Translations under genes and position numbers: made by a program
Shown here: positions 13,240 through 26,692 of the stretch, in pieces
Layout: each line of letters opens with the position of its first letter
Position numbering within the stretch: the first letter of the stretch is position 1
Assembly: GCA_035221665.1 (NCBI GenBank)
Contig: CM069137.1
Coordinates: forward strand, 24,490,001 to 24,554,000
Direction: 5' to 3'
DNA: 64,000 nt
Origin: Okamejei kenojei
Taxonomy: Eukaryota
The notes under the pieces: model-generated
What the model saw: only the letters and a program-made list of their open reading frames with translations
What the model was told of the DNA's origin: nothing
The model's database searches: none

Positions 13240-13890
13240 TGCGAGGGACCTAGGTCTGCAAGTCCAAAGATTCTTGAAGGGGAAAGCATGGATAGATAGC
13301 ATGAGTGGGAAGACATGTGGGATACTGACCTTCATTAGTTGGAGCAGTGAATATGAGAGTGAGTAGTTTATCTTTCAACTTTATAAAACATTGGACAGGT
13401 CTCATCAGGAATACCATGTGCATATATGGTCACCACTCTATAGGGAAGATGTGATTGCAGTAAGGAGGTGCAGAGGAGATTGTTGCCTGGGATGAAGCAT
13501 TTCACCAATGAGGAGAGTGAAGACACAAGACCTTTTTGCCTGGAATGGAGGAGGTTGAGAGACATACGCACGTAAAATTCTGAGGGGATGGATAAAGTAG
13601 ACTGCAGCAACCTTTACCACTTATCAGAGGTGAATAAAACAGAGGGCATAAAATTAGGGTAAAGATTAGGAGATTTAGAGAAGTTCTGAGTAGGACCATT
13701 TCACTCATGAGAGTACCTGGAATACACTTCCAGAGAGAGCAGAGTCACTGGTTGCAGTTAAGAAGGTCCTGGTGAGCACTTAAATCAACAAGGCATGGAA
13801 GGCCTTATGTTGAAAGATGGGGTTTATAAAATTGTGCGTCCTTTGGTTGGTCAGGATGTTGTGGGCCGAATAGCCTGCTTCCATGCCATG
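13240..13890 (+). mobile_element. Degraded CR1-like LINE 3' fragment
   Basis: RDLGLQVQ...GILTFIS remnants; 3'UTR GGGCCGAATAGCCTG. Confidence 0.7.
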
Positions 13891-14147
13891 TGACCAATGA
13901 CTGTGGACTTAAGAAGATGTTTAAGTAGCTTGCCATGTGTTCTGAAGCAGCCCATTGCTTCCTAATGTCCTTCAGGGCAGGGGATATGTCATCCTTACCC
14001 ATATGGCCTACCTGTGACAAGAATTACAGTGATGTTGCTGACACATATCTGCCTCCTCAGTTCAGAGCAGTTGGGGATGGATGAATAATGCTGGTATTGC
14101 CTACAACATCTGCATCCTGTGAATGGATGAATCATGACCAAAAATAG

Positions 14148-14427
14148 CTTAGTTTAGTTTAGTTTAGATACAGTGCGGTAACAGGCCCTTCCGCACACCA
14201 AGTCCGCGCCAACCAGTGATCCCAGCACACTAACACTAGTCCTACAATTATACCAAGCCATTTAACCTACAAACCTGTAGGTCTTTGGAGTGTGGGGGGA
14301 AACCGGAGAAAACCCACGCAGGTCACAGGAGAACGTACAAACTCTGTACAGACAGCACCCGTAGTCAGGATCAAACCCAGGTCTCTGGCACTGCAAGATA
14401 GCAACTCTACCACTGCGCCACTGTGCC
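14148..14427 (-). mobile_element. HE1-like V-SINE, near full length
   Basis: GGCACAGTGGCGCAGTGGTAGAG head, B-box-like GGTTTGATCC, (TAAAC)n tail. Confidence 0.85.
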
Positions 14428-14965
14428 ACCTGAGTTCTCCAGTAATGGAGTGCTGGCAGGAGTTCAACAGCCATGGAGTGAATATCTCACAAGCCAGATG
14501 CTGGGCTAAGCACTCACTGTTAAAATTGAGCACATTCAGTATTTAAACAGCCTACAGTGAGTGCTGAGTAACCCAGTCAGGGCCTTAGCAGACTGTCCAC
14601 CTAAATTGTGAAAAAAAAAGCTTCCAAGCTGCACAATGTGCTCCTTATTGTAGTGAGGTTGATCCACCGTAAACATAGGTTGGGGCCTTCACCTCCAATT
14701 GATATTGGTATGAGTAGAAGTGTCCAATGCACAAATAATAATGCCATTGGTTACATTTATAATGCTGGCAACTGTCAAGTGTACTAACATGCACAGTTTC
14801 TTAATCTGACTTCATTTGGAAAAGACAGGAACACGATTTACTTTGTGTTTGCACTGAGTTATACGAAATTTGTGTTTAAAAATTAGGCATTATAACATAG
14901 TAAAACATGTATGGTGCTTTGTGAGGGATAAATCAAATAACGTTTGGACACATTAAGGGCAGTTA

Positions 14966-15225
14966 CTAGAGCTGCTGCCACACAGTGCCAGGGACCTCCG
15001 GTGTTATCTGTGTGGAGTTTGCACATTTTCGCTGTGACCTCATAGGATTCCTCTGGGTGCTCCCTGTTTCTTTCCTCCCTCATCCCAAAGACATGCTGGT
15101 TTGTAGGTTAATTGGCTTCTACAAATTGCCCCTTGGGTGTAGGGAGTGGATGTGAAAGTGGGATAACATAGAACTGGCCGAATGGCCTTCGCCTGCACCT
15201 AATTTCTATGTTTCTATGTTTCTAT
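14966..15225 (+). mobile_element. V-SINE with (TTTCTATG)n tail
   Basis: SINE body followed by GGCCGAATGGCC and a different microsatellite tail. Confidence 0.7.
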
Positions 15226-18200
15226 AACTGGCCAGACAACCAGGTTTTATGGACACATACTTTACAAAAAGAGAGTTAGTGAGACGGAAAGGTTTAGTGT
15301 ACAAATTCTTGGGATTAGAGTTGCAGCATCAGAAGACATAGCTGGATATGGTTGATCAACTTTAAGGATCCACAATTGATCAAAGTTAGAGGAACGCAAC
15401 TACATTGCAAGGTTATAGAGTTGAAGACGCAAAGCAATGATAATTTGTTTAACCAGGTAGCAATGTGAGCGCAGGGTGATGTATGAATGGGACTTTGTCC
15501 ATGTTAAAGTGTAGATTGCAGTGTTTTACATGATCCTGTATTTGTGGAAGGTGAAAGTCCAGGCAGAAGAACATTGGAATAGTAAAGCCAAGGTGTGTCA
15601 CGTATGGAGCTTTCCCTGGCGAGTGGGCTGAGGTGGGTGAGTCTGGCAATGCTACAGAGGTGGAAAGAGGGGCTTTGAGTGATGGGTTGGATACATGGAG
15701 GGAGTTATTCATCCTGAGGTCAAACACAAAACCAAATACTCTGGTGTGTCTTTGGTGTTGCTGATTTGACATATCACATTCACCAGTGATGCTCAAAGTT
15801 ATTCCTGGAATATGAGGTGTTTTAGACAGCTTGAAGACAGATTTTATTGTCAAATTACACAATTTCTATTTGATATTCTCATAGGTGACTTAACGTGCAC
15901 TTTGAATGAGCTTCAATGGAATGTTAGTGATAAAAGTAAAAAGCACATGGCATTCATCACTTTCTCCAAATAGAGATTAGTTATTTGCAGACCATTCAAC
16001 TATGATAGAGATCACAGCTAAATCTAATCCTCTTCTCACCTGGCATCCAAACACACACATTCCAGCTGGGGTCACATGACGATGATCAGGAGCAAGAACC
16101 CCGCTGATTATCCTTTCTGTAATCCAGCAACAAGATCCACACATTGCTGCCCTACAGCTAGTGAGGTCTGTCAACTCAGCAAAGAACAGACATCAAACCT
16201 GGAGCCTTCCTGATATGCATGCCTCATCCAATCTATTTAACATTGAGTCAGCAGGGAACCTAAACTGAAATGTTTCAAAGCAATTGACTGATAAAACTCT
16301 CCAAACAAGACACATTATTGGATAAATGTGACCTTTGACATAAATATGCTGATCACACTTTCAGCAGATCAGGAACTTCAAATGAATAATGTTCCTGAGA
16401 TTGAGCAAGCCCAAATTCAGTAGAACCTTTCTTTGAGCTTCTTTTGAATATTTTGAATATATATGATTAAATAAGAAACTCTTTCTTCAATTGTTACGAA
16501 TCTTCATTATCCACTAGCTGATGGAAATGTCTTTTGTCTAGTGACAGCATTACGATACACCTGGTACAGTTACTGGTAAACTATTGGTGGGATGTGTCCC
16601 ATTACTAGCGACCAATACTCCATTTCATAGAAAACTCAACTCTGAGCAAACTAGGGGATTTTCTGATGGCAAAAATGATTGCGGCCATATGAAATTTTCA
16701 CAGTTGCATAATAGCCAGTCTGTGGTGGTACATATTTGAGTCCATGATGCCATAAAAGTCAGCTGTTTTGGTACCTACGCATTCAAAGTTTGAATTCACA
16801 TTTTGAATCTATTAAAAACTATTGAAATGTTAATGCAGATGTATTTTGAGGTAATGGAGCACACTTTTTGCATTGTACAACAGAAATATGGGACTGCACA
16901 GGGTATTTAAAAAGCAGGCTGAATGTAAGTTACTGTCATGAAATGAATGCTGACATTTTTCTTTTCAGCACAGATTTCATACTTAAAAGAATTCCAGCAA
17001 GCAGTGCTTTTATTTTCCCTACACAAATGCAGTAAATTTATGAGCTCTCCAAATATCTGGCAATACAGTAATCTTTTTATTAGAGCAATGTTTAAATTTC
17101 ACAAAGTGGAGATTCATTAGTTAGTTTTCCATCTAATATAAATCTCTCATGTTATAATATTATAATTAGATTTGTAACTTTCAGTGCAATCTCATCATTT
17201 AAATAATCATTTGGCAAGTTCTAGAAAAAATGTAGCTATCGGAATTTAACTCATAATAACCCTGTGCAAGTTCCTCACTGACCTATATTTCATGTTTACC
17301 ACTTCCAATGGAAGTACATAATTTCAAATAAAATGTATTTTGACATTTTACCGCAGAATGGTGAAAGAACTAAATTAGTGGGAGACTCCGTTACAAGCAT
17401 GGCATTAATGATGTAACCAGGGGTTAATTTGGGGCGGGAAAGGATCAAAAATGGCAGTTGCGGTGGAAGTAATTTTATATTAATCTTGGTTTTGAAGATG
17501 TGCTTTAATGCACACACTAACATCACAAAGGGCTCCTCTAGATTTTTTTTTTTGTGTTCAGATCAATTTAAGTAGCTGCTGGGCGATAGTGACTCCCTCT
17601 AGAATAATTTACAAAGCTGCCAGTTTTGTACACAATGATCACCAAACCAGCTGTTACTTATTTCTTTACTTTAAGCATGTGAATGAACAGAACGATCAGA
17701 ATGACAAAGTTATGCGATTAGATCAAAAAGCTCGATTTTTTTCCCCTTATATTTTGTAGTGGGAAGAGATACAAATCATCATGCATTTTAGAACCAATGT
17801 TTACATAGCATGCCTACAGAATCAATGAAATGGATACATTCTGATAGACGTGATACTGTTGCAATGTTTAAATTTAATTGTCCCCTCTCTGATGTTAATT
17901 CCTGGATACTGTTGCCCTTTCTTTGAATGGATCATAAAAGACATAAATCATAAATTAATCATAATGATGAGATGGAGAGATCAAATTCATTTAAAAAGTA
18001 GAATTGTTTTCTTCTTTTGTTAAAAGAACATGTCATAACACCTCTTGCAGTTTCAGAGTAAGGTTCCTCTGCCCCTTACATCCTAATTATCTGACTAATG
18101 CCGTGTGCCTCTCTAATGCTTGACAGAATCACAGGACTGCACTCTGAAATCCCTCAACACAACTGTTATAAAATGATAATGTAGTACACGGTAGGACATG

Positions 18201-19384
18201 TAAGATAACATCATAGAAACGGCAGGGGGTGAACAGAACTCTTACTGGTGCCACGCGAGGACCACCTTTGGCTTCAAAGAGAACTACAGCTATTTTGGAG
18301 CCATTCAGGTTTCCTCCTGACTCCAAAAGTATTTCTCCTATAGATGTTCCAGTCTTTCACCACAGGGACTGGAGCTGAGAGTTTGTCTGATGTTGTTGCA
18401 CTCCAAGAGATTGGCTATCTGCATTATCAGATAAAATACTTGAGATGATTTTTGGTTTCAGGGGAAGATGTTGAGCTGAGCTTCAGGAATTATATTCAAA
18501 TTACCTTTCCTGACAATCTGAGATCATCCTGGGTCACCTTTCACCAAATTCAGGTATACTTCTGAGGCAGAGCAAAGCATTTTGATCTAGGTTCACGTAT
18601 TTAATCAACAAGACTAATCTTTCAGCCAACATTTATATTAATAACCAAGATATGAACTTACTGACCTTACGATGCAATAATGTTCTGATGATTTAACATA
18701 AACACATCCCTTTACAAATAAAATCCATAATCCAAGAACAAAGTCATTAAAAGTCAATTTCTGTTCCTTTCCCTCCTCCACAGTGCAGTTAGCAAAGACA
18801 TTACACGGACCTTAACATTATGCAGTGTGAGTATTAGAATCTGAACTCTTAATGTTTGTCAGAATTTTAAGGTATTTTACAAAAATGTTATTTCAAATAA
18901 ACTGTTTAATGCCTTGCTGAAGTTGTGGTTACAATTCGTATTTACAGAGCATAATTCAAGTTGAATGACAATTTGGAGATATGTCACCAAAAATGGAAAT
19001 GTTAGAAGAGGGGACCAAAATGCAAAGGGAGGCAAAATGATAAAGGAGACAGGTTTTGCAGAGAGTTTTAAAAGAGGATATGAAGGTAGGAGGATGAAGA
19101 GGTGTGCGGGGAGCCTGGAGTAGACTGAAGGGACGAAACCGCACACAAATGGCCAGAACCAGTGGAATAGATGATTATAGGAGCTCCAGAGCTTATAGAG
19201 GTTCTGTAAATATTGAGGCAAAGTTCCAAAAGACTTCCAAACCGTAATTTAGTTTGAACATAGGTAAGAGAGGAACTGATATAAGTCTTCAGAGGTAGAA
19301 ATGAGGAGAAGGCAAGGTTTGGTGCAGTATGGCATTTGGACAGTAGGATTTTAGATGACCTAAAATGTGTAAAAGGGCTAATAT

Positions 19385-19678
19385 TTTAGTTCTTAGTTTG
19401 GAGAAACAGTGGGTAAACAGGCCATTTGGTCCACACCACCAGCAATCCCTGCACACTAACACTATCCGACACACATTAGGGACAATTTACAATTTTACCA
19501 AACCAATTAGCCTGCAGACCTGTACATCTTTGGAGTGTGGGAGGAAAACGGTGCTCTCAAAGGAAACCTTCGCAGGACACGGGGAAAATGTACAAACTCC
19601 ATGCAGCCAGCACCCATAGTCAGGATTGAACCCGGGTCTCTGGCACTGCAAGGCAGCAACTCTACCGCGGCACCACCA
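19385..19678 (-). mobile_element. HE1-like V-SINE
   Basis: B-box GGTTCAATCC, V-domain and CR1-type tail. Confidence 0.8.
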
Positions 19679-20504
19679 TATATCCAGACAAAAAATTGAA
19701 CTATTGGTATTTGCTGGTGTCTATAGTCCCATAAATTCCAGCAGCCGATGCTTTGAGGTTAGCAAAACGCAGAAGATATTAAAGAGATGAAAGCAGACAA
19801 TCTTTACAATGGGAAGAATACATAGCTGGACACTTCGCCAAACATCAAATGAATTTCAAAACTGTAAACTGTATTCTCAACCTTAGATTATGGTCGGTGG
19901 TTGGAATTAGCGGCACGAATATGGAGGCCATGGTAGCTGCCAATGGTGATAGTTTTGAGCTGCTATGTTTGATTGGAGAAATGTGAACCTCATGAAAGCC
20001 TAAGGCCTAAAGTGTTTTAACTCATAATGAAAGTATACTTCCTGCCTGTCATTTTGGCAGTTTAAGGAGCTACACTTGTGATGTAAGGACAATACTGAGT
20101 CCTAAGATTCCAGCATTGCACACAAAATGCTTATTTGCAAGATAGGTACGCCACACACCATATATTTTAGGCAAAATAACCATCCAGTGCCTGTGCTTGA
20201 ACAGCTATTTTCCCCTTGGCATGTATAAAATAGGCATATAAAGCCTGTTTGAGGTTTCCTTTGTGATACTAATGACTAACTTCCTCTGCATATAACTAGC
20301 AAGTTAACAATATGACAGAATTTTTTTTTTAATTAGAAAGTGGAGCCACAATGTACTGCAGATGCTGGAATCTTGAGCAAAACACAAAATATTCAGGCGT
20401 TTCTCTTGTCTGTGCCAGATAAGCAGTCCTTTAGGTTGGAGTCATTGGCATGTGGTATTCTGGACCTTGTAAGTAAAATACGAGGCAAAATTCCTTATCT
20501 TGTG

Positions 20505-20632
20505 GGTACAAGAGGATGCAGACGCTGGAATATTGAGCAAAAAGCAAACTGGTGGAGAAACTCAGTGGGTCAGGGAGTACCTGTGGATGGAAATGAACCA
20601 ATTACATTTTGGGTCAAAACCCTCCTTCAGAC
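20505..20632 (-). mobile_element. Degraded PLE pLTR copy
   Basis: TGCAGACGCTGG...GGAGAAACTCAGTGGGTCAGG...GGGTCAAAACCCTCCTTCAGAC. Confidence 0.55.
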
Positions 20633-22040
20633 CTTATCTTGTTTTCTCCACTTCCCATGGTGAAGGTTATCCAAAAAAGAGTGCAATTGCCTTTGATGTT
20701 CTCCCTATTTTAATGACTTCACCGTCATGACCCATGCATGAAGGGAGGCCTTCAAGGTGTGAAGAGAGAATACCACCATTACACATTGAACTCTGTTTAT
20801 CATATGTGACTTTGTTCATGAAGTAAAGCCTGGGAACAGGTCACAACTGGGGCAATGAAGCATCTAAGCAATTGTCCTGTTGTATCTTTGTTTATTTATG
20901 ATTCTCCATAAAGCAACAATGCCAAATACGTTTATGAAAATGTTATCTATTTAGATCAGAGGCAAAGAAAAACACATAAAGCATTTGTCTTTTGAATAAA
21001 CCAAATCTGCATGCAAAAAAAATAGTCACTGCAATATCTAAATGTATAAATTATAACTGCCCACATCTTCTTGGGAGGTTTAAAGGAGTTGGAAACTGCT
21101 GCTGAGAAGCTGGGATTAATTAACGTGCTGTAGATGTGCCTTTAAAATTTTGACATAGAATGAGACTAACAAAGCACTTCCCAAATGCTACTGTCCTTGC
21201 CTCTATTTTGTAGACTTTTGCCTTCCTTGTGACCCTTCTTTTCTGGATAAACTGGCTCCAATCTTACGTTGACCCACATCGGCTGAGGAACAACTTTTAA
21301 ATTCAATAACCATTTGTTCAGCAGGGATTAGCATTCTGTTTGTTTTTGTGATCTCATCTGGGATCCCAAACATTCAGAAGATGTGAATCTGCTAACGTAC
21401 TTCACTTTCAGTAACAGCAATAATTTATGTTTGAGATATCAAGTGAAATTTATGTTAATTTTCTTTGTAAAGAGAGCTTTTTTACGCAATCATCGCCAGC
21501 TGCTGGTCTGTTGAGCACTAATTTCCAGCATATCTCACAGATTTTTTTGCTGAATTTGTTTCAAATGTAGTGATAGTCCTAACGGATTGCATTAGACTGC
21601 TTACAATAATCTGCCGCATGTATGTAAAACAGGCCATCACCGGAAATCAGTAATTACAGGAATCTTTGATCACTTGAAGAAAAATAGCATTGATTTGGCT
21701 GAAGTTGCTTTTATTGATCCCAGTTAGGGCATTCGTTGTTTTATTTCAACTGGTGCTCAATGCCTTTAGTCCAATAATACTGTAAATTATGGCCATGAAC
21801 TTCACTTATTTGGACCCAAGCTGCTTGGCTAAAACAGACACACCAATCTGATTCCCTACCTCAAGTTTACCACTAGCTGGTAAGATCAAATGCCGTTTAT
21901 CCCTGTCAGAAAGCACACCAAGCACAGAATCTCTCAAAGGGAAAAAAAAAGCAAATGTGATTTGCAAGATGGATGTTCACAGAGTCGAAAGTTAAGTGGA
22001 CAAATACAAGAAAAAATCATAAACTGACATTGCAAACTGG

Positions 22041-22139
22041 ATATAGACACAAAAAGCTGGAATAACTCAGTGGGTCAGGCAGCATCTCTGGAGAAAAGGA
22101 GTAGGTGATGTTTCAGGTCAAGACCCTTCTTCTGACTCT
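22041..22139 (-). mobile_element. PLE pLTR copy
   Basis: Family sequence with near-perfect 13-bp TSD CATT(G/A)CAAACTGG (22028-22040 and 22140-22152). Confidence 0.75.
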
Positions 22140-24409
22140 CATTACAAACTGGTTGCCTTGGGGCACAATATTGGAAGGTAAACTGTGGGAATAGAGCAAT
22201 GGTTTATTGAAACCAACAGTCCACTGTACTGCAATAGTAAAACTATTCAATATATAAAGAGAAGGGAGGTACAGTCAGCCAAATGTATACATAGTGTGTA
22301 CATAGAACATGGTGTACAAAGCTAATCATTATATGTAAAGCATGGATATCCAGATTTTGTGGCATTGTGGAAATGTGCAACCGAATTGTTACTCAGCAAA
22401 GACATCTGAGTTATAAGGAGATGTGGAAGAAATGTGGAACGCAACAACATAAGACATAAAAGCAGGAATACGCCATTTAAATAATTCATTAAAATTATCA
22501 CATTTTGTATTTTAGTCTTGCCAACCCCATATTATTTGATTATCTGAATTAATCTTATTCCTTCTGTTTAAAGATCGAAGACCTTTTGGAGATGAGCTAT
22601 CTCGGAGGAGATGCTATTTTAGTATTTAGAATGTTTAAATTGAGTTAAATTGGACCTCAATGTTATGTTTGAGTTGACCAAAAATGCTGGAACTAAAGAA
22701 GAAGGATTCAAGTTTACAGAAAAAGAGGAGAAAAAATAGTTAAGATTTACTTAATTTCCTGAGCAATTGTTGAATATGTGAAATATGTTGTACTTGAGAG
22801 AATTGGTAAGATTTAAGGGAAAATTGGATAGATTTTTGAGAGAGTGTGTGATTGATTCGAGATATTTGCTTTTAGGACCAATCAGATGAAGCACAAATTA
22901 TTTTTCTGGTTTGTTGGTTTGTGTCTGATGTATGGAAGCATTGCTATCAGTACTCCTTTAAATGTGAATGCCTCAAATTAATATGATTATTAACACAAAT
23001 AGGAAAATAGATGATCAGGCAACAAGAAATATTTTTTCTAATTTTACACTTCCTGTCTTTTACTCATTATATTTAAAATCTGAGATAAATAGTTAATAAA
23101 TATTTAAAAAATCACTATATTTAAACATCTATAGGTGCCCGTTCAAACTCAAATTCTATTTGCTAATGCTACTTTAAACCTTTTTTTCCCTGCCAGTACT
23201 CTCCACTATTTTTCAGTGCTTCCAAAAGTATAGATTCCTTTCAGGGGAACAGTTCCACACAAGTCCACTAGTGTCCATGCTGTGGGCATATTTCTATACA
23301 TGCTTGCAGGGTATGTACTTCCATTTGATCATAAGAAGTACTGAAGCCAGCACAACGTCTCCACACACCTGATGACCATACTAAAGCACTTCATGTGAGT
23401 AACGATTGATTGTACCCGACTCAGGGCAATGTTCCCTTTGAGATAATTTGCAACAACAATGACTGCTGCCATGTCCAAGATCAGTACATCAGCATTTATC
23501 AAACAAAGAACTATCTGGGTGCAATAACAGGGTAGTCGTATTGAGTCATTGCAAATAGCTTCCTAATGCTCACAAAATTATTTATTTTGATTGTGACATT
23601 ACTGAGGAGGCATTCACAGGTGGGTTCGGGGTTGGTTACTTGGTGTTTGTTCCTTCATGGTGTCAGATGCAATATTCTCCTCAGATCTCTGTTCATTTAA
23701 TCGGCTACTATTTAAACAAATTGTAATGCAAAAACACATCAACAGAACATGCCTAAATAAAACACTTTAAAAGAATCACAGTGGTTTTAATTACTGACTT
23801 TTTTAATTGGGATTAGTTAAAATAATCATGCTTAAACACGACTGTAAGATATTCTATTATAATTATGCTCAAGGAATTATTCTCTTTCTCATGGTTCTAA
23901 AGCCACAGTTACCAAATCTTGCACAATTCAGCGTTTAAAAGCACACTTTAAAAAAAAAAACAGGTTGTTCCCTAACTAGCTGAGTTATAAGGAGATGTGA
24001 AAGAAACATGAGGACATAAGAGATGGAAGCAGAAGTATGTCATTCAGGCCCTGGTGCCTACTTCATCATTCAATAAGATCATGGTTGCTATTTGATCTCA
24101 ATGCGTTTTTCTTGCATTTCTCCAGCAATGGTGACTTTTCACTCTTTATTTTGCGACCAGAAGCTGAGAGGAGATCTTCCCAGGGTATTAGTAATGTTTG
24201 AAGGACGTTAACTTTGGCCCTGGTGTGAGTATTAGGACAATTGTCTCTTTCTCCGTCAGTAACGAATGGATTAGCAATATGTATCACGAGGAAATTGCAA
24301 TTTTTAGAGTCACAGACTGACGAATGATACTGATAGTTTAAAGATGCAGGTCCAAGTTATTAACTCGCGTTATTTTATCCTACTCTGTAAATAAGACTCG
24401 TATGTGCTT

Positions 24410-24592
24410 GAAGATAGACACAAAAAGCTGGAATAACTCAGCGGGACATGGGACAATAACTTATGAAGAAGGGTCTCGACCCGAAATGTCAACCATTCCT
24501 TCTCTCCAGAGATGCTGCCTGTCCCGCTGAGTTACTCCAGCTTTCTGTGTCTATCTTCGGTTTAAGCCAGCATCTGCAGTTCCTTCTTACAC
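24410..24592. mobile_element. Inverted PLE pLTR pair
   Basis: 39-bp arms at 24410-24448 and 24520-24558; mutated hammerhead (ATGAAGA...GAAATGTC) in the spacer. Confidence 0.8.
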
Positions 24593-26239
24593 ATTTCTTA
24601 AGTGCTTCAGTCCATTTGCACCTTTGTAGAGCCAATTTTCACCTTTGTATACCCCATCCTGAGCATTCTTTAATCGAGTCATGTTGCAGACTGAAAAATA
24701 ATATTTATAGAAGTCTGCATGGAAGGACGGCCGATTGACTCTGACCTTGGTGTTGGATGGACTAGCAGCGAACGCGGATCTTTCCCCAGACAGGAATGGA
24801 AGAAATTTGCTTTGAAAGTCCAACACTTGGTCTTTAGTAAAGCAAAATCACATCTACCAGGTAGTTTCGTCCAAAGATGTTGCATTTCATGTCGATGTAG
24901 CCAGGTATACACTACGGCAATTATTGTTCGGATAATAACGGCAATGTAAGGAAGTGACCGGGGACTCGGGACTTACAAAGATCTCTAGAAAGTCCGCTCA
25001 CATTTCGTTACAAAAAAGAAACACATCTCATAAATTGTGCGTCCCAGAAAACTCCAAGCCCCGCCTACTGCTACAGAGAAAAATGACTGGCTCCGATAAA
25101 TTATCAATTTAGTTTATTGCTTACTATTTGGTGATTGAGAACTTAATTAACCAAACAGGAGTTAGCGACATGTTAGGATACAGGGCAGTGTGGGGCTGTC
25201 ACCAAGCCAATGGTTCCAAAGCGGAGGCTGAGCTTTTGCTCTCAATGTAAAACGAGCGAGAAACAGCTATTTAGAAATACATCAACCAGTCACAAAAAAA
25301 AGAGAAAGCATCAGATAGATACACTGCACACTTCGGTGCGTGTACCCACACAGGCATATACACACGTAAAGCATTTGAAAACCACACCCAACGAACTCAG
25401 AGATAATCGTCTCTGTATCATTTCAACCTCAGGACTCTCAACCCTGTGGATCACCGTTAAGTTAAAAGCAGGTGATGGTTTATCTGCTCTTCGTGAGAAC
25501 TTCGGCATCATAGTCCTTAACCCTTTACATGCCAGTGTATTTCACTTCGTCGGATTCCCACACTTACCACCACCCCCACCCCCCCCCCCCTCCACCCTTT
25601 TCCCTTTTTAAATCTGTCCTTTAAAGCAGTAGTCTAAGTAGTAATTAAGAGATTAATGTTTAAGACCACCTCCAGTTCTTGGTGATAATAAGACTATGAG
25701 AATCCAGGGCCGTGTTATAAGGCGAAATAACCAAACATTCCGGCCAGTTTTTAACGTATAAAAATAAAACAACTGAAAGTTTCTGGTTAAAATGCAAAAA
25801 AAAACGAGTTAATGCAAAACTATCAGTGGACGCGTTGTGAAACGAGGAATAAATCGGTGTCAAAATTCCAGTTCGGGATCAGACGATTCAGATAAATTGC
25901 CGAAAGCAAAGAGAGACGCGAGCTTCCAAACTTTTTTTTTTGTGAAATAAATGTCATGTAAGGATCATTGCAAAAGAAACAACAAAAAAGCCGGTGCAGA
26001 TCTGATCCGCAGTCTCATCTGGAAGCCTAGCTACATAGCGATGCCTCCGTCCATCCCACTGCCTCTGTGAGCCTGAACAAGAGTTGAAAAGAGCCTGAGT
26101 TTTTGTTTTCCGCGTGTGTTGTAGTCACTGGGCAGCGCGGGGTTTGTGTGATCGCTACATTCACATACAGTTAACCAGTTCAGAATCGTGCAATTTCACG
26201 ATTGCGCCGAATGAGGGAGAAGGGAACATCTGCATTTCC

Positions 26240-26692
26240 GCTCCCCACCATTCTTCCCCATCCTCTGATGCGGGCTACCATTGTAAAGGTAATGTGATCC
26301 AGATTCGTACTACTCAGCGCACAGAGGGAGGAAAAAAAATGTCTCAAAACGTCACGTCTACCGATGATCACGTTTACGGATCTTCAATTATCCCTTACCA
26401 TGAAGATAGGTGGCGTACGTTTCTGCGGCCGCACTTCGGGGACTCTCTTTATAGAAAAATGTCATTCCAACAAGCGGAACACGTCAGTCCGTCCACAGGT
26501 TGTGTTTCCTGGTGTGGGAGACAACGGAGCGATCAGTTCCAACCTGCACAGCAGGAATAACGGTCCTTCCTCAAGTCTTTAAAGGTTTTCTCTCTCCCCC
26601 CTTTTAAACAAAACCTCGACTCCTTCTTCATGCTTCTTCATGCGACCGATTTGTTACCAGACTTAACAAACAACACAGCCAGGACGGAGCAG
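26240..26692 (+). other. ZEB2: ZEB2 non-coding exon 1 (5'UTR); start approximate
   Basis: Blocks such as CTTCAATTATCCCT, AAGATAGGTGGCG, AAAAATGTCATT, AACACGTCAGTCCGTCC, TGTGTTTCCTGG, GATCAGTTC, GCAGGAATAACGGTCCT and CTTCTTCATGCTT match the human ZEB2 exon 1 order as I recall it. Ends at donor CAG|GTATTT (GT at 26693). Confidence 0.8.

Noticed and set aside
14360-14427. tRNA gene
   Set aside because: A/B-box-like sequence is the head of a V-SINE and continues into SINE body and tail; the same applies to the other copies.
6880-19330. Scattered old L2-like fragments (~6880-7500, 15240-15750, 18990-19330)
   Set aside because: Purine-rich decayed stretches are suggestive but too diverged to delimit without a library.
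26114-26560. 148-aa ORF as an independent gene
   Set aside because: GTG start, overlaps the ZEB2 5'UTR, no recognisable homology; only its internal ATGs were kept as uORFs.
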